Assembly (NCBI GenBank): GCA_964016885.1
Contig: OZ024740.1
Coordinates: forward strand, 68,386,001-68,450,000
Length of the DNA: 64,000 bases
Direction of reading: 5' to 3'
Source: Eledone cirrhosa
Lineage: Eukaryota
Positions 51,830 to 64,000 of the stretch are shown here, piece by piece. Numbering within the stretch: position 1 is the first letter of the stretch; each line of letters begins with the position of its first letter. The notes under the pieces are model-generated. The model was not told where the DNA came from, did not search any database, and worked only from the letters and a program-made list of their open reading frames with translations. Position numbers and translations under genes: made by a program.

Positions 51830-53674
51830 GTATTTTCAGAGTTCCATTAATGGTTTATAATTGCATTTAGTAAATAGTCGTGTCGTTGCTGCTTGTGTAA
51901 GAGGCTGTATCTCAAGATTGGTACCCAATAGACACATGTGTAAATCTAAATTATAATTTCTGGGTTTTTTTTTTATCTGTAGATATATCATCAGTTCCTC
52001 ATCGATGTGTCTTTTTTTTTTTTGTTTGTTAAATATTTTCGTCTACTGTACAACTGCTTTTTGATATTGTACAGCATAACCGAATGCTTATGAAATCCGC
52101 TACGGAATTATTCAATCCCGGGTTATAACCGACTCAACCATACATCTATTTTTTTCCGACCACTGAGCAGGACCTTATATAATGTGTAAAAACATGTTTT
52201 AGAATGAAAGCTACCGAGCAGAAAAATGTTGATGCGTGCTGTCGCGCACTTCTACTACCTAGCAAGTACGTTGCTCCCGCTCTTGACATCAACGTGGTAT
52301 TTTATCATAACTTCGAGTGTCAGTTTCTTGACCTCCTTTTGGTGGGCCCTGGAAACTGATCACTGCTCTCTGTTCTCGATTAAGTGAAAGACAACCTGAA
52401 ACAACAAGTTTCATACGCAAGAAAAATATCATAAGTTCTTGTGAATGAAATTGTGTAAGCAGAGACTACATGGAGTCCATCGGATGGAATTTATTTTACT
52501 TCAAATATCCACATATTGTAACACTGATACGATTTGGAATTGCGTTAAAAGCAGACACAGCAGAATACTCAACCTTTTACATGTTAATTCAAGAGCTGGA
52601 CGCTCAGTTGTTCAAAATAATATATATTCAACGACGAAAGCGATGGTGTATGTATTATCAAAGTATACTAGATCACGCCTTACCATAACTAATAACGCAG
52701 AGCATTTTTCCAAATCCTATATTAATTTTAATGGCAAATATCTTAACTTCCGTGCCGTAGCCTCGGGTCAGTGAATCACAATACTGCTTTCATTCACGAG
52801 ATCAACTTCCCTTTCATTTAAGTTATCACATTCCATTAGTACTGCGAGAATATGTAGGTAGAGCCTAGTCTTTACAATACAACGGACTTGATACAAATCG
52901 CGTCTAAAATATCCCTAAAGACAAAACTTTACTATATTTAAAAAATGTAAAGACACATTTGAAAATTCATTAATCGACATATTGTCTGAAAATAGTATAT
53001 TTTGTCATAAGTTTCTTTAATAGGAAGTGTTCTGCAGCTAAACATAAACAACACTAAAAAAACTAAAATGTTACTTATGCATCATATATAGAGCATGTGT
53101 GGCTGCAAGTATATAGATGGGTATTGTTCAGGATATTCCTCTCGGTTTTCTTTTCTTTCTTTTAGCCAAGCGTGCGATATTTCTCCTTAACCATTTTATA
53201 TATTTTCTTTTTCGTGCATTGCTATATTCTATATGCTTTAGAAATAATATGTCAGTTGCTAAACAATATGAACCTGATATATGTATGGTCTATTATCAAA
53301 TTCTTTAGATATAAAATTTGCAAGAATACAGAATGTTAAGATTGGTTTAATATAGTGAGCCAAGGAACGTTAAATAACACAAGAGGCATATCGAGACAAT
53401 CCTTACTTTAATTATACATTCAGGTCTAGACTGACAGGGGAGAAAACTCCCACATTTCAATTGATTAAATAGAAAATAATTGCGGTGGGAAGTAGGTGTG
53501 ATTCTGGCAGTAAACAGATAACTCAGAACATGTTTGAAGCAATTGGATCTTTACTACATCATAATGACGACTTGAAAATTGTAAAACATTTTGAAGACCA
53601 TAGTGTTTATCCCAAAATATAAATCTCCTTCCCCCGTGATTCCACCTCTCTTTTGCTCTCGTATTTGTCTCCCC

Positions 53675-53722
<48 letters not shown>

Positions 53723-53723
53723 G

Positions 53724-53823
<100 letters not shown>

Positions 53824-53864
53824 TATACATATACAAATTCAAACGTATATATATATATATATAT

Positions 53865-54452
53865 GTAAATATCTTTAAGTCGTTTGGAAGCCTCGACAAT
53901 GCAAATGGGTAAATCTCCGGGTAACAAGGTCCGGTGGTGGAGAGAGAGATGTAAGTGGGTGTACGTTGAGATGCGTGGTCTGTATAAGATGTGTGAGATG
54001 TGTAGAATGAAGGGAAGAGTATAAAGGATAAAATAAAAATAACAACACAAGAGAGAGTTACCTTGGGAGAGATTTAATAGTCCCTATATATTTCGGATTC
54101 ACATCCATCAACTGGGGTTGATATTCAAAACAACAAACAGCGAAGGACGCGTTCCGGACTTGTCCGACAGACAACCTTTTCCCCCACCCCGGAAAAAAAC
54201 CCCAGTTGATGGATGTGAATCCGAAATATATAGGGACTATTAAATCTCTCCCAAGGTAACTCTCTCTTGAGTTGTTATTTTTATTTTATCCTTTATACTC
54301 TTCCCTTCATTCTACACATCTCACACATCTTATACACACCACGCATCTCAACGTACACCCACTTACATCTCTCTCTCCACCACCGGACCTTGTTACCCGG
54401 AGATTTACCCATTTGCATTGTCGAGGCTTCCAAACGACTTAAAGATATTTAC
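53865..54452. repeat. Young inverted repeat: 255-bp arms, 78-bp spacer
   Basis: Arms 53865-54119 and 54198-54452 with two mismatches seen; between long (TA)n tracts; inner ends are hammerhead-like. Confidence 0.95.
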
Positions 54453-54487
54453 TTATTGTTCCACAATGCTTCAAGCAAGCTTCAATA

Positions 54488-54553
<66 letters not shown>

Positions 54554-54554
54554 C

Positions 54555-54696
<142 letters not shown>

Positions 54697-55797
54697 TATG
54701 TGTGGGTTGTGTTTATGTCTACCTCTATATATATACCAAGTTCTATTATCTCGTGCTACACGTGAAATGCATAACCACTCTAAATAATGTTCAGATTTGT
54801 GACACATCGGTGGGATTTGAAATGATAATATCAAATGCTATGCCTTAATGCTGCAATGGATTTGGTCCAATACTCTAATCTGTCCGTCAATTCATTCTCC
54901 CTAAATGCATTTATGATTGATTTATTTTTATAGGCACATTCCTGTCAATTTTAAAGAATACTGTAGACGATCATATCAACCTCAGTATTTTACTGGTATC
55001 AATCGTGGTGAGAGAACGTAGAATATAGACCTGATCGATTTAAACAGAGCATAATGTTTCGTAATTAAATATCGCAAGCTCCACCGATCTGTGCAGTCTA
55101 CGGCCTGAAGTAGGTACATTATGAATAAATATTTGTGATAGATATGTCCATTGTTGAGCATTTATCATAATATTTACTTTTCCAAAGGTTTTGTGTTTAT
55201 GTGGTGTTGTTGTTTTTTTAATGTAATGTTAGGATTATTTTAGGCTTCAGAGTTTGTGACATTGTGTATGCAATATCAGAACTCGCATTGTATTGACATT
55301 AACATATATTATTCATTGTAAAACATGTCTCGGTTAGAGATTTGATCTCTTATGCAAACAACATCGCCATGTATAGAAATTCTTAATGCGTAATTAGAAC
55401 ACGCACATTGTGTTGTATAATAAGCTTGGTTCGTCTCTCCTCCCGCTATTGCATGAGTATAATGGGTTTATTATCAAATAAAAGAATTGGTATTTCCATT
55501 TGAAAAATTTTGATAGATAAAAAAATAAATAAACAATTTCCAGAGAAAATCTAATTAGCTTACAATTGCTATTTTAAAAAAAATGGCGGGTAATGATTGT
55601 TAAATAAAGCGGGGAACAGGTTTAATAGATAAATGTGACAATAAATATATTTCTCTTTGTATAATGAAAGTGTATTTCGTTATCCTTAATTTTTCGTGAC
55701 GTTTTTCATTTTGCGTAATATATTAAATGATTAACTTTAGAAAGAACTGTACTCTTATTGCTGGTGTTGGTGTTGCTGATGCTACTACTACTACTAT

Positions 55798-55835
<38 letters not shown>

Positions 55836-55852
55836 ATAATAATAATAATAAT

Positions 55853-58800
55853 GAATTCATTTATTGGCCACAAGGGGCGACATATAGGGGACAATACAAA
55901 AGACTGGGACAGTGTGGTTTTACAGAAAAATCGAGTAAACAATATGAATAACAATAACAAAGTAACGATAACAAAGTAACAATAAAGTAACAATATTATT
56001 ACAACAAGAAAAAGTTCCCCAATAGGGGGGATGACCACCTAGGGTTCGGTCAGGTACCCCAATAGTCCTGAACGACCCGACGCTTCGAGAACACCCTGGA
56101 AGGTCACCCCTCTCATCCTCAAATTTACCTACCTACTGCCGCATGACCATAGTAGGCTCACTCACACGGGCCATTCTCGCCACATTCACCCACCTTTAAG
56201 CAAATGTACTGGGGGGGGGGGGGGGGGGGGGGGCAACACTTCTCTCTGCACCCTCACTTTCCTTTCCAAGTGAAACTTGAAAAAGTTGATGAGGGATTAG
56301 CCGAAGAGAAAAGTGTCTGTCTTCAGTACTTTCGACCTCGTCCACCTACAACATCTTTCGCTACTGCCACCAGACAGAGGAAGATTGCCTGCCCTTCCTG
56401 GCCCAAAGAAGGCGACGGGTCGATCTTCACTATGGACTCGGCCGATAGCCTAATCCGTTCTACACGCGACAACAGCTGTTCAACATAACTCCACAAGTCA
56501 GTAATGAACGGACACTGGACGAGTGCATGCTGAACGGTTTCATCGCTCTGCGCGCATCTCGGGTAGGTCCGTCTGACAGCACTTCCGTGCCTGTAGAGTT
56601 TATCTCGAACCGGCAGTGCCCCCCGGTAGCACTGCCAAGTGAGGGATTTTTGGAAATTATCCATCGTCCCCAGCTCGAAAGTCCTCCGGTACAGACTGGT
56701 TAGTTCGACTTCGTTGACTCCCAGAGCCTCTCTGAGTGCGTCGTCGCACTTGTCCACCACTAATCCTCTATAGAACTCGAGAGTGGAAGTTCCACTAACC
56801 GCATTGCCCGCCTGGTAGAGGGCAGTGACTGCCTGGCAACATTACAGATGCCAGTCTCCCAGTCTCGGTCTCTTCTTGACCGAGGACTGCAGCTCAGTCA
56901 AAGAAACGAGCTGCGGAAAGGCCCGTCTGACAAACGGCGACCACACCTGTTCACAGTTTAGGCAGAATATCTGGAGATGCCGCAGCCTCAGCGCGTGCCT
57001 GCGCATCATTAGACACGGCATGCCTAGCCCTCCACGTAGAGGATGCTGGTAGCAGATGGACCGCCTCACCAGCGGAACCTGACTCCTCCACAAGAATTTG
57101 AAGAGGAGCCGCTCCAAGATGGCGAGGCGCGGACGGGGGCAAGGGACGACGGTCAGATGGTAGTAGATGACGGACGCGATGTACGCGTTCGTCCCCTCCG
57201 CTCGACCTTTCAGTGATAGCTTCATCCCAGCCCATTTCTGGGTTAGACTGGCTACCCTGCCCGTCACCTCGTCCCAATTCTTATTCACCTGGAGGTCTGG
57301 CCCGAACCAAACCCCTAACAACTTTACCGGTCCGTCCGTCCAGCGCCTATCGACGCTGTTGGACGGCATGGACTTGCCTCTCCAGGTGCCGAGTTGCAAG
57401 CCCACCGACTTGTCCGGGTTAGGTTTTGCTCCTGTCAACCTTTCATATTCCTCCAATAAGTTGCCGACCACCTCGATTTCTGAGGTCTCCGAACAATCAC
57501 GGTGATGTCGTCCGCATAAGCCGACACAGAATTTCCGAGTCCCGGTTCGAGCGGGATGCCCTGCAACAGCTCCAGTTTCCGCAGTAAAGGCCCGAGAGTC
57601 AATACGTACAGAAGGGAGGAAAGAGGGCACCCTTGACGGACCGATCGGGAGACCTGAAACGGTTCCGAGCAGGTGCCGCTGTGCATTGCAGCGATCCAGC
57701 TTCTGAAGACGTGGTCGAAGACAGCCGCCTTGAGAAAAGCCTCCAGGTATCGATGGTCGACCCTATCGAATGCTCTCGATTGATCTAAATTGATCAGAGC
57801 CACACCGAAGACAGGTTTACACTCTACCCTCTCTATGATGTATCGTATTAGGTGGAGTTTGTCATGTATGGACCTGGTTGGTATTGCGCAAGTGTGCGCC
57901 TCCCCAACAAAATCCCCTACGCTAAGCGCCAAACTCTTCGCTAACACCCTGGCCAAAATCTTAAACTCTGTGTTGAGCAGATTTCTGGGCCTGAAATTGT
58001 CTAATGTGTTCGTCTTATTATCGTCTTTCCTTATCAGCGTCACTACGTCCCGGCTCACAGAACTGGGAATACTCCCGTTTTGCTGCCAGTTGCAGTAGAG
58101 GGCTTCGAGGAGACTGGAGAACAAATCTGGCATATTTACGTAAAGCTCGTAGGGCAGACCATCCAAACCGGGTCACTTGCGCCTCATGCAGCCGACAAGG
58201 GCATCCTGAATCTCGGCTGAAGTAATTGGCCTTTCGCAGCGCCCAATATCAGCTGTCGAGAGTTGCAGAAAGCCATCGAGGTAGGGACTGAAGTCCGCCA
58301 CCGTTAATGACCCGCCACTTCCTCCGAACAACCGACCAAAATGTTGGCGAAAGTCTTCACACAACCGCTTTGAATCGCTCAGCTCGTGTCCGTCTCGGTC
58401 CGTCAAAGACCGAATCGTGGTTTTATTACCGTGCTATGCCTCTGCCAGGCGGGCCCATCTAACAGCTTTGGTTCCCTCGTTTCTCAGAGCACGCGCCTTA
58501 GCTCTGATAATGCATCTTTCGTGTTACGCATTGAAGAAATGGTCTAATGCCATTCTCGCCGCTAGCACATCAGTTGCAATGCCACTACCAATAGCCTCTC
58601 CTAACTTATCTACCAACTCCCTCCTCTTTCTATTTTTCTCTAATGCTACTTCTTTGCTGAACTCTATCGAAATTACTCTAATCTCTCTTTTAAGAGCCAC
58701 CACCATCTATTGTTGATACTCCCCCTGTCAACTTTTTCTTAACTAAATTGTTGACCTGGTCCCTGTAAGCCTTACGTGCCGGAAGTGACATGTTAAGCTT

Positions 58801-61748
58801 CCAGTAACCAGGTCCTAACCTACGTGTCTTATCTAGGTCGACCATACAGATCACAAACTTGTGATCTGAATAGGCGACCGTTTCAAAACGTGGACAGCTT
58901 ACACTATTTGTCTATATTCCTAATGTATATCCTGTCCATATACGATCTAGATGACCCTATGCGGTTAGCCCAGGTCCACACCGGCGCATTAGGGAAATCT
59001 AGTCGGTACCTGTCGCACAGTTGGAACAGGTTGATCAGGTTCTTGAGGCTTTTTAACACCCCGCTCCTATCGGATACTCCCACACAGTCCCAGCGGGCGT
59101 CTAAGATGCTGTTCCAGTCCCCCGCTAACAGTAAAGGGCGAGACGTACCCAGAAAGGCTTCCAGGCGTCTAAAGAAGTCCGGCCGTCCTGCCCCAGAAGG
59201 AGCATAGACGGCCACCAGTCTAAAGGCACCACCTTCGTTATTGTTCACGTCCAGGACCGCCAAATTCCAGTCCGGGTCCCGGAAGATCGACCTTACCTGG
59301 AGATCCAGGCCTTTCCTAAACAGCACTGCCACCCTGCCTCCTATTCCCGGCCGGCTAACAGATGCAAAGATATGATAGTCATCGAAAATGGGGGCTAGTG
59401 CGCGCGTGTCGGAAATTCTGGTCTCGCTGACGGCAATTACATCCATTTCTAGAGGCCTGAAGTCGTTGAGCAGGTGACCCTGCTTCCAGGACGAGTCCAG
59501 GCCTCGAACATTTAAAAATCCTACTCTTAATACGGCCATGTTGGCAGGTTAAAAAGAGAGAGAGGAAAGGTTTGCTTACCTTCCGGGCTCTTGTGAAGGT
59601 CGGCTTGTTCGACCTCCATAGTTGGTGAGGTTTCTTTTGGGAACCCCTTTAAAAGTCTTGAAGTGGGTTTTACGTTCGGGGTTCCCACGTCCCGAGTAAA
59701 GCTGTCTCGTTTTTCTTTGTATAAATCGAGCGACATTCGCACCAGAACCAAATCTTCCGTCACGCGAAGTGAGCTCGATTTAAAAATGTCCCCCTCCTTT
59801 TGTATATTTTCACTTCGTGCTACGAGGGCTATCAGTTCCTTGTTGGCCCTCCTGATGGGCACGAACTTTTGTATGTTTTGTTGGTGTGATTTTATTTGTT
59901 TGCGTGGCTGTGGTGGTGATGGTTCTGGTGTAGTTGTTTCGGTTGTGTCTGTGTTTGTTGTGCGGTGTCTGTGTTTTCAGATGTTTGTGTGGTATTTGTT
60001 CTTGCGTCTGTTTAGGTCGTTTGCGTTTGGAGGATTCTGGTGATGGTGATGGCGGTGTTGATGTTGGTGTTATTGGAGAGATGTTTGCGTGGGTGGTGTC
60101 TGCGTTTTTTATTGTGGGTGATTTTGTCCTTTGTTGAGGTTTTTTTTCCTTTTTGTGTTTCCTTTTTTGTATTTTGGGGGATTTTGGTTTTCCCTCTTCT
60201 TCACTACTGGTAGATGAGGGGTCTGTGTATGTAAGTGTGTCTGTATGTATGTTTATGGTTTTATTGGTGTGTGTATTTTGGGGGGGAGGGGGAATTTGAC
60301 AACTTTCCTCGTTTTCTCCTGGGTGGTCAATGTTGGTGGTGGTCTTTCTATTGGTGTTGTTGTTGGTGGTTTTGCCGGTGCTGGTGTTGGTTGTGGTTCT
60401 CGCCCCGGCGTCGGTAGCAGTGGAGCTTTTCGACCCCTTACCTCTTTCAGCAGTTGAGGGCAGAAGGGTTTTTCCCCACAAACAAAACAATGCGGCCTTT
60501 TTTGCCTTCGCTCATAATGTGAATGACCGTCCCATTCTGAAGGCGGATGTGGTCCGGGATTGTCTTCACATTCTCAGGCCTGATCTGGAGAAGGATCTCC
60601 AGGTGAACCCCGGACTAGTCCTCTCTGGCCGTTCTGGTCACTTCTATAGGGACGGTATCCGTCGCCTCCACAATCACACATTCCAGAAGCCACCACATGT
60701 CAAGTCCTGGTGGGATTCTTGGAATGCGGAGAGGGCTGTTCTGTTTCCCACGTGGGGGGTGTACATTATGAGCTTGCTGGTTTTGCAAGGAGTCATAGCG
60801 TGTTTCATAGCGAGGACTTCTGACTTGAACAACACCGAAATGGTGCCGTACTGTCTGCCCCTCGCTATGTATTCGGTGTCTTCTCTGATGCATCTCAGCG
60901 CGACTTCGACATCTGCTTGTGGGATTAAAGCTGCCCTTTTGGTTTGTGCTGAGATGCATCTATAATGCACCGTTCTGCGTTCCACTGCCTCAATAGCTTC
61001 TACCGGGACAGTTAAGTTGGCTCAGATTTGCTCTTTCTTGATGAGCTTCCATGCCTGGGCCAACTTTATATCTTTGTTTGAGAAGTCCATGTTGAAGCAT
61101 GGCCCTTTTTTTTTGCGGCTGCCGCAGCGAAAGTGTTCTTCTTATTTTCGTTGGGGGTGTTGTTGTCGTTGTCGTTGTTCATGTTGGTGTTGTTGTTATT
61201 ACTGTCGCTGTTATCATTGTTGTCTTTGTTGCCACCGTTGTTCTCGGTGCAGTTGGTATTGTTGCTGTTGGTGTTGTCGCTATTGTTTTCATGTTAGTGG
61301 TATTGATATTGTTGTTGCATTTGTCATTTTTTTTTTGTCATCTGTAATCTCGTTGTCGCTGTTACTGTCATTTTTTTCAAAATTAGAGTTCTCATTGGTA
61401 TCATTGGTGTCTTTGTTTACATTGTTTGTTGTGGTGTTTGTGTTATCAATTTGTGTTAATTTCGCCGTAGCGCTCCTCTCGACTTGTACGTCGTTGTCGC
61501 ACGACAGTAGACATATCGCTGGGGGCGTGGCTCAGCTATGTTTCTTTTTTCTCCTTAAATTTTTTTTTAACATGTAAAACAAGTTCAAGTATTTGGACCA
61601 AACGGCCCAAATATTATACTTTCCCCTTCACAGGGCAACGTCTATGTGCTTATATCCCTTACACAACAAGAAATATTTAACAACAAATAATTTTAACAGG
61701 CAAATAAAGCGACTTACTGGGAGCGAGCAAAATACGTCCGATTAGACC
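55853..61748 (-). mobile_element. Full-length older Tx1-like LINE, copy F (divergent subfamily)
   Basis: ORF1 at about 61573-59527 and ORF2 at 59539-~56130, both fragmented (GDWN, DQSRAFD, QGCPLS, YADD). (AAT)n at 55834-55852 and 61749-61772. Confidence 0.92.
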
Positions 61749-61772
61749 AATAATAATAATAATAATAATAAT

Positions 61773-61953
61773 TGTTTCTACTTTAGGCACAAGGCCAGCA
61801 ATTACCCAATGCATTACTGGTATTTTATTTTATCAACCCCGTAAGGATGAAAGGCAAAGTCATCCTCGGCGGGATTTGAACTCCGATCGTAAAGGAACGT
61901 AACTATGCTGGAAAGCATGGCGTTCGACCCTCTACCGATACTGCCAATCCACC
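61773..61953 (-). mobile_element. SINE family 1, full length, joined to (AAT)8
   Basis: A and B boxes; 3' tail GGCCTTGTGCCTAAAGTAGAAACA followed by (ATT)8. Confidence 0.92.
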
Positions 61954-63977
61954 ATTTCTGGTAATGAAATACCGAATCAAGGGTAATGAGGTTACCAACT
62001 ATAGACCTATCCATAATGTTGAAACTGTTAACAAGCATTGTGCCTGAGGAAATCTACCATCACCTCCAAATAAACTACTTGTTACCGGACGCACAGAAAG
62101 GATGCCGAAAGAAGTCCCGTGGTACAAAGAACTAGTTACTTATTGATAAGATAGTAATGAGGAATTGCAAGAGGAGATACACTGGTCTTGCCATGGGATG
62201 GATAGATTACAAACAGGCATTCGACATGGTACCTCATTCTTGGATAACCCAAAGCCTAGAGATCTTCAAGGTGGCAGATAACATCAGACAGTTGTTGAGT
62301 AAAAGTATGAAGTCCTGGGAAATAGAGTGAACATCGGGTGGAGAATTCTTGGGAGGCGTGAATATCAAGAGAGGCATCTTCCAGGGAGATAGTTTGCCAC
62401 TCTGTTGTTTGTCCTTGCCGTGATATCCCTGACCATTATACTGCGAAAAGTCAGAGCAGGATAAAAGTTGGGAAAACGAGAGCTTACCATCAATAACATC
62501 CTCTTCACGGACGATCTTAAACTCTTTTGGAAGAGTGAGAAAGAGTTGGATGTACTTGTTGACACTTTCCATATTTTCAGCAATGATATATGTATGCAAT
62601 TTGGTATTAACAAGTGTGGAGTCCTAGTGATAAAGAGGTGTACATTGAGCAGAAGCAACGGAATCCAGGTACCAACAGGTGAGATTATAAAGGAAATTGA
62701 CGCTGAAGAAGGATACACATATTTAGGTGTTCTCCACGCAGATGACATCAAGAACAAACAAATGAAGGAATTGTTAAGATCTGAGTACATTAGGAGAGTA
62801 AGGAGCGTATTAAAATCACATCTAAATAGTAGGAATGTCATAATTGCTGTGAATTCCCGAGCTGTATCTATTATTAGGTACAGAGCGGGAATTCTGAAAT
62901 GGAGTGTTGCTGAACAAAAATAAATGGATAGGAATACTACGAAGCTATTGACTATCTACAACATGTTCCACAAGAGGAGTGATGTCGATAGAATCTACTT
63001 AAAGAGATCTGAATCTGGGAGAGGTCTTATCAGCATAGACGACTGTGTTCAGATGTCGACCTGCACAAATATGTGAGTGGAAGTAGAGAGCCAATGCTCA
63101 GAAATGTACTGAAGGAGAGGACAATAGACCAGGTGATGTCCAAGGAGGAAATAACAAGGAGGAAAACAACCTTCATGAAAAATCCCTTCTTTGAGAAAAC
63201 TGAATTTAGAGATCCACAGACATGGAACTGGTTAAAAAGAGAAGACCTTGAAAAGGCTACAGAAGGAATACTAATGGCTGCGCAGGAGCAGGCCCTCAAA
63301 ACGAAGTGGGTGAAACACCATATTTACAAGGAGAAGGCTAGCCCACTGGGTAGGACCTGTGGAGAGAGAGAGGAGACTGTGGCTCACATTGTATCCGAGT
63401 GTAAACACCTAGCCCAGACTCAATATAAAGGCTGGAGACATGATGTGAATGACAGGGTGATCCACTGGCACCTATTCAAAGTAGACAATTTACCACATAC
63501 TGAGAAGTGGTGTGAGAAAAAGCCAGAGTCGGTCATAGAAAACGATCAGGTGAAGGTGCTACGGGATTTTAGGAAACAGACGGACAAGAAACTGGAACAC
63601 AATAGACCTGACCTGGTGGTTTTGTACAGGGAAAAAAGATCGTGCCTGATTGTAGATGTGAGCTGCCCATTTGACACGAGAGTGCAAGAAAAGGAGATGG
63701 AGAAAATTAACCGGTACCAGGACTTAAAGTGGGAGTTAAAAAGAATTTGGAACTGCCATGAATTCAGAGTCGTCCCGATTGTCATAGGCGCACTAGGTAC
63801 TATCTGAAAGAGTTTCCAAGGATGGTTAAAGAAAATGAGTGCATTCCCGCTTTTTGGAACACTTCAAAATGCAAGAACTCGCCGATACGTCCTGAATATC
63901 TGAGGTTGCACGTAGCGGCTTGATATTAATTTCAACAAACTTTCCAGTTAAATAACATAATTGACCGAGACACAAAG
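61954..63977 (+). mobile_element. Dong/R4-like RLE element, same family as 20807-22369, 5'-truncated
   Basis: NYRPI, QKGC, WIDYKQAFD, QGDSL, FTDD, ETVAHIVSEC, RHD, NRPD, IGALG; (TAA)n tail runs to the window end. Confidence 0.92.
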
Positions 63978-64000
63978 AATAAGAATAATAATAATAATAA

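Overview
Eukaryotic, AT-rich, microsatellite-dense DNA with no intact host gene. The repeat style suggests a cephalopod such as Octopus (inference, not proven). The window is dominated by retroelements sorted by microsatellite type. (1) Two arrays are built on (AAT)n tracts. 20762-37842 reads Dong/R4-like(+), Tx1(-), Tx1(-), 5'-truncated Tx1(-), Dong/R4-like(+), with AAT repeats at every junction. 55834-64000 reads Tx1(-), SINE(-), Dong/R4-like(+). One Tx1 copy keeps an intact 1139-aa APE-RT-zf ORF2. (2) Penelope-like (PLE) remnants and long inverted repeats, several carrying type I hammerhead ribozyme motifs, sit against (TA)n tracts. (3) Two tRNA-derived SINE families are present. Main leads: a 52-59 nt GT-AG segment at the Tx1 ORF1/ORF2 junction whose removal fuses the two ORFs in frame in all three full-length copies, in two different phases; two Tx1 copies with near-identical ORF2 but strongly diverged ORF1/5'UTR; a covarying YUUGU-loop hairpin shared by the Tx1 UTRs and the SINE 3' tail; and a possible decayed TRPC-like channel gene at about 4.8-12 kb. 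All alignments were done by eye.
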